Below the pieces are notes generated by a model, which did not search any database, was not told where the DNA came from, and was given only the letters and a program-made list of their open reading frames with translations. The translations under genes were made by a program, and so were the position numbers. From Lama glama (lineage: Eukaryota), in assembly GCA_028534125.1 (NCBI GenBank), contig CM052816.1:5458001-5522000 (forward strand): a stretch of 64,000 bases of DNA, in the 5' to 3' direction. Shown here piece by piece: positions 37,531-50,628 of this stretch. Numbering within the stretch: the first letter of the stretch is position 1; the number at the start of each line of letters is the position of its first letter.

Positions 37531-40500
37531 AGAATTTTCTCTTCCAAGATCACGTAGAGAATAGGAGGCAGAAATAGGACTAAAATCCAGCCTCTTGAAT
37601 CGCAAAGAAATCTTGTTCTTAAGTCAAAAAGGCTGTAGCATGAGGGCTAGATCTGCAAGTAAAACTCTCAAGCCTTGTGGGATTTCCCAGAAAAATGATG
37701 AGGAGTATGGAGGTGGAGAGCTGGCAGAAACAGACATTTCCTGTTCTAATGAGAAACTCACTCAGAATTGGAAGGCCACCAAGTCTAACTTCTCCATTCT
37801 CCTTACAACATCCTCTCCAGGTGGCTGGACAGCCTCTCCCTGTTTGCCCCCAGGAACAGGAAACATAATCCTTCTTTAGACAGTCATTTTTTGATACTTC
37901 TGACCATTAAAAATAAATATCCCTATTTTGAGTTCAACCTGTCTTCCTGTAGCTCACACCTCCTTGTCCTGGGAGTCCCAGAGAACACGTCAAACTCCTT
38001 TGGAATGGCCCAGAATAAAAGAGCATAAAGATTGGGGATCAGAAGAACATGGTTCTGATGCAGTCCTCTATGAGGAGAGCAAGGAAAATGTGATCAGACA
38101 AAAGACTGAAGGTCACAGACCGTCATCATCACCTGTCAGGCACTTATTATAGGCACTAAAGGTATTATCTGATTTTATTCTTATAATGAGAATTTGAGAT
38201 AAATACTATTATTATTCCCATTATACGGACGAGAAAGCTGGTGCTACCAGAGCTTGAGTCACATGTCCTGGGTCACACAGCTAATTGAAGTAGTAGAGTC
38301 AGAATGTGGATTCCAGTCCTGACTCTGCCACTTAAATTAATGTGATTCTCACGTGTGTGTCCCCATCCAACACATCACCCATGAGAAAGATGTGACAGCG
38401 GGCTTTAACTGACTCAGCCTAAAGGCTCTGGGGTTGGTAGGTATATTTGGTTTTTCCCTCTTTCAGAGGGTTGCTGAGCAGTTCTTGGCTTCATTAACCT
38501 CTTTGTGGGATAGAGAGAGCTGCTGATTGTGCTAGAATCAGCCAAGAGCAGCCCCACAGCCAAAGGCCCCCTCACAGCCCAATGTCCCGTGGAAGATGTT
38601 TTCCTAAACATATCTTTCCCTCTTCCCTGGTCCAGAGATGAAATAACCCACAGGCAGCACTCCAGACAGACAGAAAAATGAAGGAGAAAGCAATGCATAT
38701 TATAAGAGCATAAAAAGGATGAAGCTCTGTTTATTCAGATTGGGAAACAGATTCCAGGAACAATACATCTGCCCCAGTGTAATTATCCTGAAAGTGGTCG
38801 GCATTTTACTCAGCTCCAAAACTCATAAAGAGGCTTCAAGGAGACGGATGCTCTGGGGACTGTTTTATCAAAAGGGACTTAATAGGTAAGGTTTCTAGAT
38901 CAAACTCAGCTCTTAATTGAATCGGCAAAAACCTGGGGGAAAAAAAAGTAAAATGGAATTTTATGAAACAGCAGGACACATTTTGGATATGCAGATTAAA
39001 AAGCAAGGGTAGAAACTGACCCAGATACCTGCAGAATATCTCCGCACTGCTGGCTGGTATTAGTGAGAGTAGAAAGAAATGAAGTTATTGGAATACTAAA
39101 CCCCTAGCTTGGAAGAAACACGGAGCTTTCACCTGTTCTTTTTTATTCAATTCATTTAAATTTAATTCAACTTTTTTTTTCCCATCAAATGATGATTAAG
39201 AACCTACTATGCACCAGGCACTGTGTTAAGTACTGGGGATGCAATGGAGAAGATAACATGGCCCTTCCTTCAAGGAGCTATACCATCCCTGAGTGCATCG
39301 CAGGGTCCGAGGCTCAAGTCCCTACCTAACCATGTTAGCAGGAAGTGTCTGTTCCTCAACCCCCATACTCCTCTTTACTTTTCTGAGAAATCCTATGAGG
39401 CTTAATAGCTTAGTAACAGAGTCAACCTTCACGTTCCAGCCTGTTTGACCTTAGAACTGATTAGCATGGGATTCAAGAGGCTGGATTCCAGTCTTTTTCT
39501 CTGCCTCCTACTCTCTGTCTGATCTTGGGAAAGAAAATTCTATTCCTACATGGAAGGAAACTGAACCTCAGGGAAGACGTTCCTCCTCTTGCTCCCCAAC
39601 CTCCTTGTTATGTTTAAATCTTGATCCTTCCACTTACAAGCTGTGTGCCCATGAGCAAGTTGTTTAACTCCTTTTTCTCAGTTCTATCGTATGTAAATAG
39701 GACTAGGAAAGTTTTTGTTAAGATAAATGTATGTGAAATGTTTACAATAGTGGAAGTTATATAATAAACACACGCTAGACATGAACTGTATTAGAACACT
39801 GTGGACCACTTTCTCAGAGTACTGATCACCATTTATTATAAATTATTTATATGTTTAAGTGGCTATTAGGTTTCTATCTGTCTCTCCCATTAGACTGTAA
39901 ATGCCATAAGGGCTGTTTTACCTACTGCTATATTCCCAATGTCCACCTTGGTGACTGGCATATAATAGGAGCTCAATAAATATGAGTTAATGAATGAATG
40001 CATTTTTCCCTCAATCCATCTCAGGTTGCAGAGGAAAAAAGAATCTGAAGGACTGCCAGAGCATCTGCTCCCCGAGGTTTTCTCAAACAAGCTCCAACAG
40101 CTGTTTGTGCTAGAAGCCACCATAAAAAGCATTCTTAAAAGCGAGAGGGAGAGAACAGCAGTAACGGAGAGATCTATGGCCCAGCTGGGATCCTCGATCT
40201 ATGGCTGCAGCTAGACTCAGGAGAGGGAAGGGGGAAGGGCAGGAACGCAGAGGCCAGGGCTGAAGAAAGGAAGACAGAGGCATAATTTTGAATCAGAGAT
40301 GGAGCAAGATGCTCAGCAAGGCAGAGACAGTCATCCAGAAAGGCCCTCTGTTGTTGTCACTGACAAAGACAGAGTGGGAGAAGGTAAGGAGAAAAGACAA
40401 GTGTTTGAACTGGCAGCTAATTCCCCAAATCCTTGAGGGTTTTTGAGAGATAGAGAGTAATGCAGGCTTCAGCCTTGGCTGGTTGATTTACAACCAGTGA

Positions 40501-40744
40501 GAGTTGAGCCACACTGGAGTGGAGCACGTGAGGTGGCTGTGTGGCCTGGAACTTCTTGAAGCCATGCCTGGGACTTCCCTGGAGAACAGGATGGTGAGCA
40601 GACCAAAGGATGCAGGAGCTGCCTGCTCCAGTGGGACGTGAACAGTTCTCAGAGGCAGGGAAATCACACTGGAGGACTGAGAGTGCCTCTGTAATTACCC
40701 TCATGCCTAACTGGGAGCTATGTATGTTTCGACTCAAAAGATTC

Positions 40745-40820
40745 TTCCTTCCTTCCTCCCTCCCTCCCTCCCTCACTCCATTCCTCCCTCTCTTTCTTCC
40801 TTCTCTTCTTCTTTCTTTCT
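40745..40820 (+). repeat. CT-rich low-complexity tract
   Basis: (CCTT)/(CCCT) polypyrimidine run; a GA-rich tract lies at ~45136-45247. Confidence 0.8.
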
Positions 40821-42289
40821 GATTTATTGAGCATTCAGAATGTACAAGGCCAACAGGGAAGCACAGATTAAATAAGACATGATTCTTAACTCTAAAAGAG
40901 CTCTCAGTGATATAGCATAAAGAAAAGAAAAGCAGGGAGCAGAATGAAAGTTACAGTATAAGATCATTTATATAAGCTCCATTTTTAATTTTTTTATTTG
41001 TTCATGATACATGTAATTAACACATACTTACAGATATAAATATTAAACGAATTTGGCAGAAATAATCCAAACTTCTGACTGAGGTTGCAAGGGGATAAGG
41101 TGGGAAGGAAATGAAATCAGGGATGGAGAGCCAAGTAGGGTTTTGTCTTTATATGAGCAATACGTTGCTTATTTTATTTTTAAGAAGTTAGACAAATATT
41201 TTTGAATGCTCAATTTTAGATGGTGGCTACTTAGTTATTTGGTTTATGTTGTTCTTTTAAAATTTCCCAGAGTTAGAAAAAAATAAAAGCTCAAGAAATT
41301 GAATAATTGATTGTAATTCAGTAATACAAGCCACTTTTATATTTTTCTTCTTCCACATTAGTCCCAGAAAATGGAAGTAGCAGGGATGATCAGAGGTCAA
41401 ACAACCACTCTTTTTCAGACTCCCAGTCCATCTATCCTCCAGCCCATATTTTTAGGAACAAAATCTCCAGGATTGACTCAGATAAGCTACTTTACACTAA
41501 GTAAGATTAAAATAATACTTGTTCCATGAAATACCTGCATCTTCCAGAGACCTCCAGAAGTTAGCAACGTGGGTAGTTCAGGCAGGAAGGGTGTGAGAGC
41601 TGGGAAAAAAAGTGAACAGAATCCTCTGAGCATCTGCGGATAGGAGGCCCTGACCATTTACGGTCTTTCTCTCCTAAAATACCCTAGTTTGTAGGTAAGT
41701 GATACAATGAAAAGAGCACAGACTTTGGAGTCCAACAGAACTGGGATAGGGGCCCCTACACAGCTGTGTGACCAAGGGAAAATAACTCTCTGGACTTTAG
41801 TTCTCTCATCTGTAAAATAGGGACAATAGTATTTCCCAAAGTTGTTGTGAGGTTTAAATGACCTCATGGAAGTTAAGTGTCCAGCAAGCCCAGCCTGTTT
41901 ACCCAGAAATCATTAGCTTCTAAGCACATGTTAGTCCCTTCTTTCTTACTCTGATTCCTCAGAGTAACATTTCAAATACGGCTCCAAGAGCCAACTTAAT
42001 AAATGACCATGGTGGCCAGGACTTCTTCATTCTTAAAAACCTTCCTTCATGGAGAAAGTAGCATTGTACATGGCAAAGATGGTGTAGATGCTGGGCCCAA
42101 ACAAGTCTCAGGCCTAGGAGGAGGCAGGAGTCCGAGGAACATAGAACAGCAGAGCTGGAAGGCACATTTCTGGTCCTCAGGCACTAGCTCCCTAACTTCA
42201 CTGTGCATGACCTGGGAAGGCTGTATATCTCCCAGATTCTTGAGCCTCCAATCAGAATGGTTGAGACTGGGACACAGGAATCTCTTTTT

Positions 42290-43080
42290 CTGAGAAAGCT
42301 CTCCCCAAAATGCAATTTAAAACAAGGACATATCTTTTTAATCCATCCGATGGCAAAAAAAAAAAATGATGACATCAAATGTTGGTGAGGCTATAGGGAA
42401 ACATGTGCTCCAACCACAGCTGCTGGATGCAGCCACTTTGGAAGGCAATTCAAGTTGTTAAAAACCCTGCTGCCCTGGGATCCATGTCACGAGACTGTGC
42501 ACAAAGAGGTACATCCCAGGATGTTTGTTGTAGGATTGTTTGAAAGAGTGAAAAGCTGGGAACAAACTGAAGTCCATCAGGGAGGTATGTCTGAAGGAAC
42601 TATGATATACCTGAATCTTTCAAGTTAACAAGGATGAGGTCAATCTCCACATACTGATTGAGAAAAGCTCCAAGAAGTACTGTGTTCCAAAAAGCCAAGT
42701 TGCAACATAATCATACAATGTGACATTTGTATAAAAACAGTGACAACAAAGTAGATGATACTACATAGACTCAATAGGTGCCATTATGTTTATAAATATA
42801 CAGGAGAAGGTTTGGGAAGATACTGCTAACCTGATACCTAGAAGGCCTGGGGGAGAGTGGAAAGGGTATTTTAGCTTTATATGTGTCTTAATTTTTTTCA
42901 TTGTGGAATTCCAGCAGTTTAATTATAATATTATTGGAATTAAATAATATTGAAATAGTTAATTCCAATTGTGTTGAATTTTTTCCAGGGCATAGAAAAA
43001 CATAGAAGACTTCCTAATACTTTTTAATGATGTGGATGTAATACTGACAATAAAACTGGGAAAACATTATAAAACTACAG
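42290..43080 (+). mobile_element. Old L1 (L1ME/MC-type) 3' fragment
   Basis: AAATGTTGGTGAGGCTATAGGGAAAC...CAGCCACTTTGGAAGGCAATT is decayed L1 ORF2 end / 3' UTR. Confidence 0.6.
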
Positions 43081-43114
43081 TATGTATGTCTTAATTTTTT
43101 ACCAGGAGAACGTA

Positions 43115-43475
43115 AGTCTTAGTTCAGGCTGCTATAACAAAAATAGCATATACTGGGCAGCTTATAAACAACATAAATTTATTTCTCACAGTTCTGGAGG
43201 TTCAGAGTGTGCAATCAGGGTACCAGCATGTCTGAGTTCTGATGAGAGCCCTCTTTGGGATTGTAGACTGCCCATTTCTCATTGTATCTTTACGTGGCAG
43301 AATGAGCTAGCTAACTCTCTCGTCTCTTCTTTACAAGGACACTAATCCCATTCATGAAGGCTCCACCCTCATGACCTAACCATCTCTCAAAGATCTCACC
43401 TCTAAATACCATCCCATTGGGATTAGAATTCCAACATATAAATTTTGGGGGGACACAAACATTCAGTTCATTGCC
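43115..43475 (-). mobile_element. MaLR solo LTR (MLT1A-like)
   Basis: GTCTTAGTTCAGGCTGCTATAACAAAATA...TTTATTTCTCACAGTTCTGGAGG...GGGGGACACAAACATTCAG; ~360 bp. Confidence 0.88.
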
Positions 43476-46400
43476 ACATTTGTTCATTACTGAAGTAAAC
43501 AGTTTTGAAATGGCTTTACTGAGGCATAATTGTCATACAATAAACTGCTCATAGTTCAAGTACACAATTTGGTAAGTTGCAGCACATGTACACACTTGCA
43601 AAACCATCATTATAATCAAAATAATGAACACGTTAGTCACACTCAAAAGTTTCCTCATGTGACAAAATTTTGTTCAACGACACAAAGAGACACTAGGAAG
43701 AAAAGACCTCTCCTTTGCTGGGTCTTGTTTCTACCGACGATGCCTGGAATAGTGTCAGCCAACTAGTGACCCGGGGGACAAAGTAGTTCACTTTGGAACA
43801 GAACCAAAACACATGAGGATGGCAGATGGGAAACATGGAAAGAACCTGGGTCCTCGATAATATTGCTGAGCCACTGAATTAACTAGCCCAGAAACTACCC
43901 TCCTTTGGAACTTCTCATTATAAAATGGAACAAAATGTTCCGTATTGTTTAAGGCTATTTGAATTGAGTTTTCTGTTACTTATAGCCAAAAAAAAAAAAA
44001 GCATCTGAAAAGATGTCCTTTGAGAAGTAAACGGGGGACTGGTATCCTTGCTTTAGAAAGGAGAAAATTAGAAACAGAGCAAATGTTATGAGGAAGTCGG
44101 AGATGATGGGCGGAGGAAAGAACTGCTCAAGGTAGGATGTGACCTGGGGCAGCCAGAAGACATGGCTAGAAGGCTAGAACATTTAAGTATTCCTCCTGGG
44201 TACCCATGACATCACTTGGGAAGATGTGCAGGGACTTTCTGCAGGCAAGCTGGGAGGGAGCTTGGACTGTTGTTATTTAAGCATCGAAGGGAAGTGAGAC
44301 CCCTGAGAGTTAAGGAGGTGGAGGCATCTGGGTTACCCTCGAACACCCTGATTCCCAGTTTCGCCACCTGTAGAAAGCATACAATAGCTTCTTCCGTGAC
44401 TACCTATAGGGTTACTGTGAGAATGGTATGACCTGAGAAAAGGCAGAAAGGGCTGCAAAAACACAACAAAAATGTTCATCTCTATCTTTTGCTTTCTACC
44501 TGTCAGAGCAAATCTATTGAACCAAGTCATCTGGGTGTCTCCAAGAAGCAGCTATATACAATTTATAAGCCTTAGCTATAGGCAAGCCAGAAATTTTTCA
44601 GAAAGACAGGTCCATCCTTAGACCCACTGGCAATATGTCAATGAACTTTCCTTCCGTGTTTGGACGTGTGTGTAAGTGTCCAGATGGTTAGAAATGTAAT
44701 CAGAGAGTATGTGGCCGTGTAGGCAGTATGCATCTGTGTGTTCTGTGTTTGTGTGGGGGGCGGGGGGAGTACGGGGTATAGCAGAGTGCGGCTGAAGAAC
44801 AATCAGGGTCAGGCAAACCTGAGTGCGAGTCCAAACTGTTACTTCCTAGCTCCGTGACCTTGAAGACATTCTTCAACCTCTCTGAGCCTCAAGTTCTTCA
44901 CCAGTAAAATGGGATCGCTATGAGTTGCAAAAAAGTCAATGAACTTTGAAGTGCTCTGCAGGGTACAAAAAAATGTATCTGAGATGTGTATGAATGAACC
45001 TGTGTATGTTACGTGCATTTCAGTGTGTGTGTAGTGGGGTGGGTATGAATAATGTGTGTGTAGGAGGTGGACTTGTGGGTGTGTATATTTATATCCATGG
45101 GTGCTATGTCTGATTGTGTGTCTAGCCAATGTGCGAGAGGGAAGGAGGGAAGGAGGGAAGGAGGGTGCAATAGTGAGGAATGAGTGAGAAAGAAAAGGCT
45201 AGAGGAGGGAAATTAGGAAGGAAGGAGGGAAGCGAGACAGTGAGAGACTAGGTCTTGCTGTTCTTTCCGGAAGCCTCTGCCAGCTCCAGGGATGCAGACT
45301 GGAATGGGTTCAGAAACCTCAGGGGCTCTCCCTGGAGCCAGTCCATCTGCTGGTTTCTTTGTCCCAGAATCACCTCTCTGCACTTAGAGACGTTTTCCAG
45401 GAGGCTGGGACTGAGAAGGGGTGTGTTCTGAGCGGTGAGGTGCATTTCCTTGGTTCTTCCAGGGGTAAAGGGCTGCTCCACCTCGGAGTGCTCTGTGTCA
45501 TCTGCACCTGAGCACCCCCAAAGCCACGCCCACCTCTGCTTGCTACTCACAATTTCCACAGCAGCCTGCCTCTTGCTACCTCTCTTCCTCTGGTCCCTCC
45601 CATTCCTTCAGGCCACCCTGCACACAGCCACCCAGCCTTGCATTCATAAGATACAGGGTTCCCCATCGTTCTCTGCCTGGAAGGCTCTGGGCATGATATG
45701 TCCCTCTGATTATTCAAGCTGAGCTCAAATATCCCCTCCTCAGGGAGGTCTCCTATGACCTTCTAGCCTACAGCAACTCTACTCTCCTCCCCCAGCTGTC
45801 AGTTCAAAATTATATTTTACTTTGAGTTGTGAAAAATAACACACACAGAGCAAAGCACATAGAACACAGATGTACAGCATGGTGGGTGGTTATAAGCCAA
45901 ACACAATGTAACTGCCAACTCCATTAAGAAATAAAGTATTGCCTGTACCCTAGAAAGAGCCTCTCTTCCACCCCTAAATGGTTCCTCCCAGACATACCCA
46001 CTTCTTTTTCTTTAAGGTAGCCACTACCTTGACCGTCTGGTAATCCAATAATAATTGATTATTAAGCTGATTATTGAGCTATTGTCTCCCTGCCTCAAAC
46101 CCACCATTCTGCAAACCCACCCCTCCCCTCCCTGACTCCCTTCCTCTTAGAAGCTGCCAAAGGCCGAGGCACTTGAAGAAAACAGCAAGCCTGGAGGAGG
46201 GAGCAAGGACTTGCTTCCTATTTGCTTTCTGTACCTGTCAGCTTCACCACAGCAAGGCAGTTTAAATATAAAAGCAGGCAACTGCCTTCCCAGTCTCCAT
46301 TCCTTTGCTTTTCTAGAGCCTAGACTCTGATCTTGGGGAACCAAGCCTTATTTTACAGGTGACAATATGGGAGACTTGGGGAGTGTTATGTTAGATGTCA

Positions 46401-46524
46401 ACCATAGAGACACACAGTGTGCTTTCTTTGTGTGTTGTGTGACATGAAGCAAAGTTTGAGACCTCTTTTTAAAGCCCAGTTTCCTCATCTATGAAACAGG
46501 AATGAGCCATTCTCACTGACTGTC

Positions 46525-47024
46525 NNNNNNNNNNNNNNNNNNNNNNNNNNNNNNNNNNNNNNNNNNNNNNNNNNNNNNNNNNNNNNNNNNNNNNNNNNNN
46601 NNNNNNNNNNNNNNNNNNNNNNNNNNNNNNNNNNNNNNNNNNNNNNNNNNNNNNNNNNNNNNNNNNNNNNNNNNNNNNNNNNNNNNNNNNNNNNNNNNNN
46701 NNNNNNNNNNNNNNNNNNNNNNNNNNNNNNNNNNNNNNNNNNNNNNNNNNNNNNNNNNNNNNNNNNNNNNNNNNNNNNNNNNNNNNNNNNNNNNNNNNNN
46801 NNNNNNNNNNNNNNNNNNNNNNNNNNNNNNNNNNNNNNNNNNNNNNNNNNNNNNNNNNNNNNNNNNNNNNNNNNNNNNNNNNNNNNNNNNNNNNNNNNNN
46901 NNNNNNNNNNNNNNNNNNNNNNNNNNNNNNNNNNNNNNNNNNNNNNNNNNNNNNNNNNNNNNNNNNNNNNNNNNNNNNNNNNNNNNNNNNNNNNNNNNNN
47001 NNNNNNNNNNNNNNNNNNNNNNNN
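46525..47024. other. Assembly gap (500 N)
   Basis: Run of 500 Ns; the round number suggests a placeholder size. Confidence 0.99.
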
Positions 47025-48178
47025 CACATCATTACTCACTGATGATTCAAGAGTCAGGCTCGGGGAGCCAGGCAGGGATGGGGTGATTTCTATTACAATG
47101 TTGCACTGAAGTGTTTCTCTAAATTATGCCTGTACCTCCATCTCTCCCTCCTTATCCAGCTGGGAACACACTCAGCAACCTCTCTGTTTTTGCGACCCCC
47201 TGCTCTGCTTCCCTCCCTGTTTCTTTTCTCTCCCATCAGCTCTCTCCTCTTTCCCAAAGCTTACTGCTCAGTGATCTCTCAATAAAACATATTCCTGATA
47301 AAGTGTGTGATCCTGGGCAAGCCCTTTGCCTTGCACCCCTGAGTAGCCATTTCTGCCGCTTCTATAAATGAGATTAGAGCACTGATGAGGAAGTGGTGGC
47401 CCAGAGAGGGCATGATATCTGCCTAAGGTCACAAAGCAAGTGGATGGCTGGCACTGAATCCATACAAAAGTACAAAGGTGGATACATGAACTGTCATGTA
47501 TCCACCACTCAGTCTCAGTAAGTAGCAACTCATGACCAATCTTGTTTCATTACTCTTACCCACTTTCCCACTCCCAGATTGCTTGGAAGGAATGGTGTCC
47601 TACAGTGCCCTTGCCTGGGCTTGCCCTTGAGCAGAGCAATGAAAGAAAAGTTCGCATTGGTGGTGGGGCGGTGGGGTGGCCTTTCAATTGCTGTGTCTCC
47701 CTCCTTCCCTCACTCTCCTGGCTCCTTAAATCCCACGTCCTACTTGGTCCTCTGCCTGTTGCTATCCTTTTCATTCTCTCCGGGTGCCCTGCTGAATCCC
47801 TGCCAAGGGACTAGGGGCTCAAAATGCTCTTCCAGATCACCGAAATTTAGAAGAGGTTTCCGGAAAAGCAATTCTTTCAAGCCCCAAAAGAAAGCCAAGC
47901 CTCTTGGAAAGGCTTTTTCAGACCCAGATTGTGTTGAGAGAGAGAGACATTTGTGCCTTCTTTCCCGGGTCACAAAAAAAAAAAAAAATACAGGGAGTAT
48001 TTACTCTTCTAGAGAGAAAATTTCAAACCTATACAAAAGTATAATAAATATTAATGAATCCTTACATATTCATCGCCCAGCCTCAACAATTAGTAACTCA
48101 TAGCCAATCTTGTTTCATTACTCTCACCCACTTTCCCTCTCCCAGATTACTCTGAAGGAAATCTCAGAAATCATATAC

Positions 48179-48718
48179 TGTTACATATTATTATAAATGA
48201 GCAAAGATGGCCTCTGTGTATTGGTTCCTAGCTTGTATACTTCTTCACTGCAAGCTGAGACCCATTAGCTTAAAAGTCCACAGGAGCCAAACTCAAATTT
48301 TTACATATCCAATTGCTTTCAAAATATCCCAAACAGGCAGATTTTTAGGCACTTAGGGACTGCCTGCTTTGCACACCCTGGAAACCTCACCCTGCACCAG
48401 ACGACCATTGATAAGATGAGTCCTTGTGGTTTTGAGACCCCAAGCTGCCCTCCAAATTCCCTGACCCAGAGACTCCCCACCATACTGATGAGCAAGAGAT
48501 ATCATCTAGAAGCCTACACCCCCTCTCTAATCCCCTTCTCTCCTGGGTGTTCCTTTTCGCCTTCCCTGCCCTAAGCTCTGGTTGGTCTCCTGCTATGATG
48601 GACTTCATCTCTCATGCAATGGTCCAAGCATCACGCAATAAAGCTTGTTGCACATTAATGCTTCTTATAGTCATATGTTTTTCATTGATCAGTCCCCTAA
48701 TCCCTCAAACCTCTTATA
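48179..48718 (+). mobile_element. ERV1 solo LTR, MER89-like, inserted in an old L1 3' end
   Basis: TGTTACATATTATTATAAATGAGCAAAGATGGCCTCTGTGTATTGG...CCAAACTCAAATTTTTACATATCCAATTG; AATAAA near 48638; L1MC-like host resumes on both sides; TSD not readable. Confidence 0.7.
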
Positions 48719-48787
48719 AGGATTTATTTCATCTGTAAAAATTTCACTATGTATTTCTAAATATAAGAACTCTTTTAAAAACTACAA

Positions 48788-49333
48788 CTGCCCATCAACA
48801 GATGGCTGGATTAAAAAGATGTGATATGTTTTTATATATATATATATATACGTATGTACGTATACATATATACATACATACAATGGGATATTACTCAGCC
48901 ATAAAAAAGAATGCAAACTGTCATTTGCAGCAATGTGGATGGACCTAGAGAACATTATGCTTAGTAGAAATAAGTCAGACAGAGAAGGACAAAATACTGT
49001 GTCATATCACTTATATGTGGAATCTAAAAATTAATACAAATGAATCTATATACAAAACAGAAACAGACTCACAGATATAGAAAACAATCTTGTGGTTACC
49101 AAAGGGGAAGAGGAAGTGGGGGGGGCAAATTAGGGGTATGGGATTAATACATACAAACTACTATATATAAAATAAACAAGGATATATTGTATAGCACAGG
49201 GAATTATACCCATTATCTTATGATAAACTATAATAGAATATTGTCTGCAAAAATACTGAATCACTATACTGTACGCCTGAGACTAACACAATATTGTAAA
49301 TCAACAATATATCAATGAAAAATAAAATAAAAT
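48788..49333 (+). mobile_element. Young 5'-truncated L1 (cetartiodactyl-type 3' UTR) with A-rich tail and TSD
   Basis: CCCATCAACAGATG...ACAGAAACAGACTCACAGATATAGAAAAC...GTATAGCACAGGGAATTATACCC; (AAAAT)n tail; 10-bp TSD AAAACTACAA (48778-48787, 49334-49343) at a TTTT/AAAA site; internal (TA)n ~48833-48880. Confidence 0.92.
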
Positions 49334-49815
49334 AAAACTACAATATATTACCATTGTATTACTGAATAATACTGAATGACATTGACAATGATAGCACTAG
49401 AATATCACTTAACTGCTCACTCTCCTTATCCCACAATACAGTCGGAAAATAACAACACCAACAATACCACCACCACTGTGCTCACTGAAGAGAGTTTATG
49501 ATATTTTCTTGCAATTATTTTTGCCCATAGAGTATATACTATTAAGGATGTACAGTCAAATTGTTGTGTTTTGAAGTTGCTTGGAATATTTCTATGTGTG
49601 GATATGCCAACAAGTACATACGTAATTAAGTTCATCTAATTTTTTTATTTCTATTTTTCAATTGAAGTATAATTTCTGCAGTGACATTCTCAGATCTTAA
49701 AGTTTTTACTTTACTTCAAAATGGTTTTACAGTTTGATGATCTGTGACAAATGCATATACCCATGTAACTCACACCCTGGCAGGATATAGATTGCCCACA
49801 GCCCATAAAGCTCCT

Positions 49816-50628
49816 TGTGAAATAAACATATGTATTTGTCTCTGCCTCCAGTTCCTGATTCAGAACTCCTAAATCTCATCTAAATAGGGATGTTAGGAAT
49901 GTCTTTTGCTCTAATATTTGGTCTTTGACCCCAGTTCCAGACACAGAGGTCCTATATCCCTTGGAATTTTCTGGGTTATAGGATTTCTCTTTGTTCTAAT
50001 GAGGTGACTCTTGGTGGGGTCCTGGATGGAGGCTGGTCACCAGAAGTCCAAGCCATGATTAGAAGCTTGGAGAAGGGAGAGGGGGCTGAAAATTGAGTTA
50101 ATAACTGATTACACCTACATGATGAAGCCCCCATAAACATTCCAAAAGGATGCATTTCAGAAAGCTTCCAGGTTGGGGAACATAGCATATGCCAAGATGG
50201 TGATGCACCCCAAATCCACACGGACAGAAGCTCCTGGGCTTCCAGATTTCACCCTATGTGTCTCTTCATTTGACTATTCGTCTTTTATTACATACTTTAT
50301 AATAAACTGGCAAACATAAGTGAGTGTTTCCCTGAGTTCTGTGAGCTACTCTAGCAAATTACTGAACCCAAGGAGGGGGTCATCTGACAGGTGACAACAC
50401 AGGACTTGCAACTGGCATCTGAAGTAGAGGCAACCTTGTGGGACTGACCTCTTAACTTGTGGGATCATCTGATGTTAAATCCAGGTAGATAGTGTCAGAA
50501 ATGAATTGAATTACAGGACAGCCCACTGCTATTGAAGAATTGATCCACATGGAGAAAAACCTATACACCTTATTTCAGAAGCATTGAGTGTTAGAATAAA
50601 AGAAAACATAGTGCCTTTTTCCTAGACA
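49816..50628. mobile_element. MER21-like LTR inserted in an L1MB 3' end
   Basis: TTTGGTCTTTGACCCCAGTTCCAGACACAGAG...TCTAATGAGGTGACTCTTGGTGGG...TTTCCCTGAGTTCTGTGAGC; antisense L1MB host at ~49635-49815 and ~50630-51440. Confidence 0.8.

Noticed and set aside
46469..47039. 187/184-aa poly-X ORFs
   Set aside because: Artefact of the 500-N gap.
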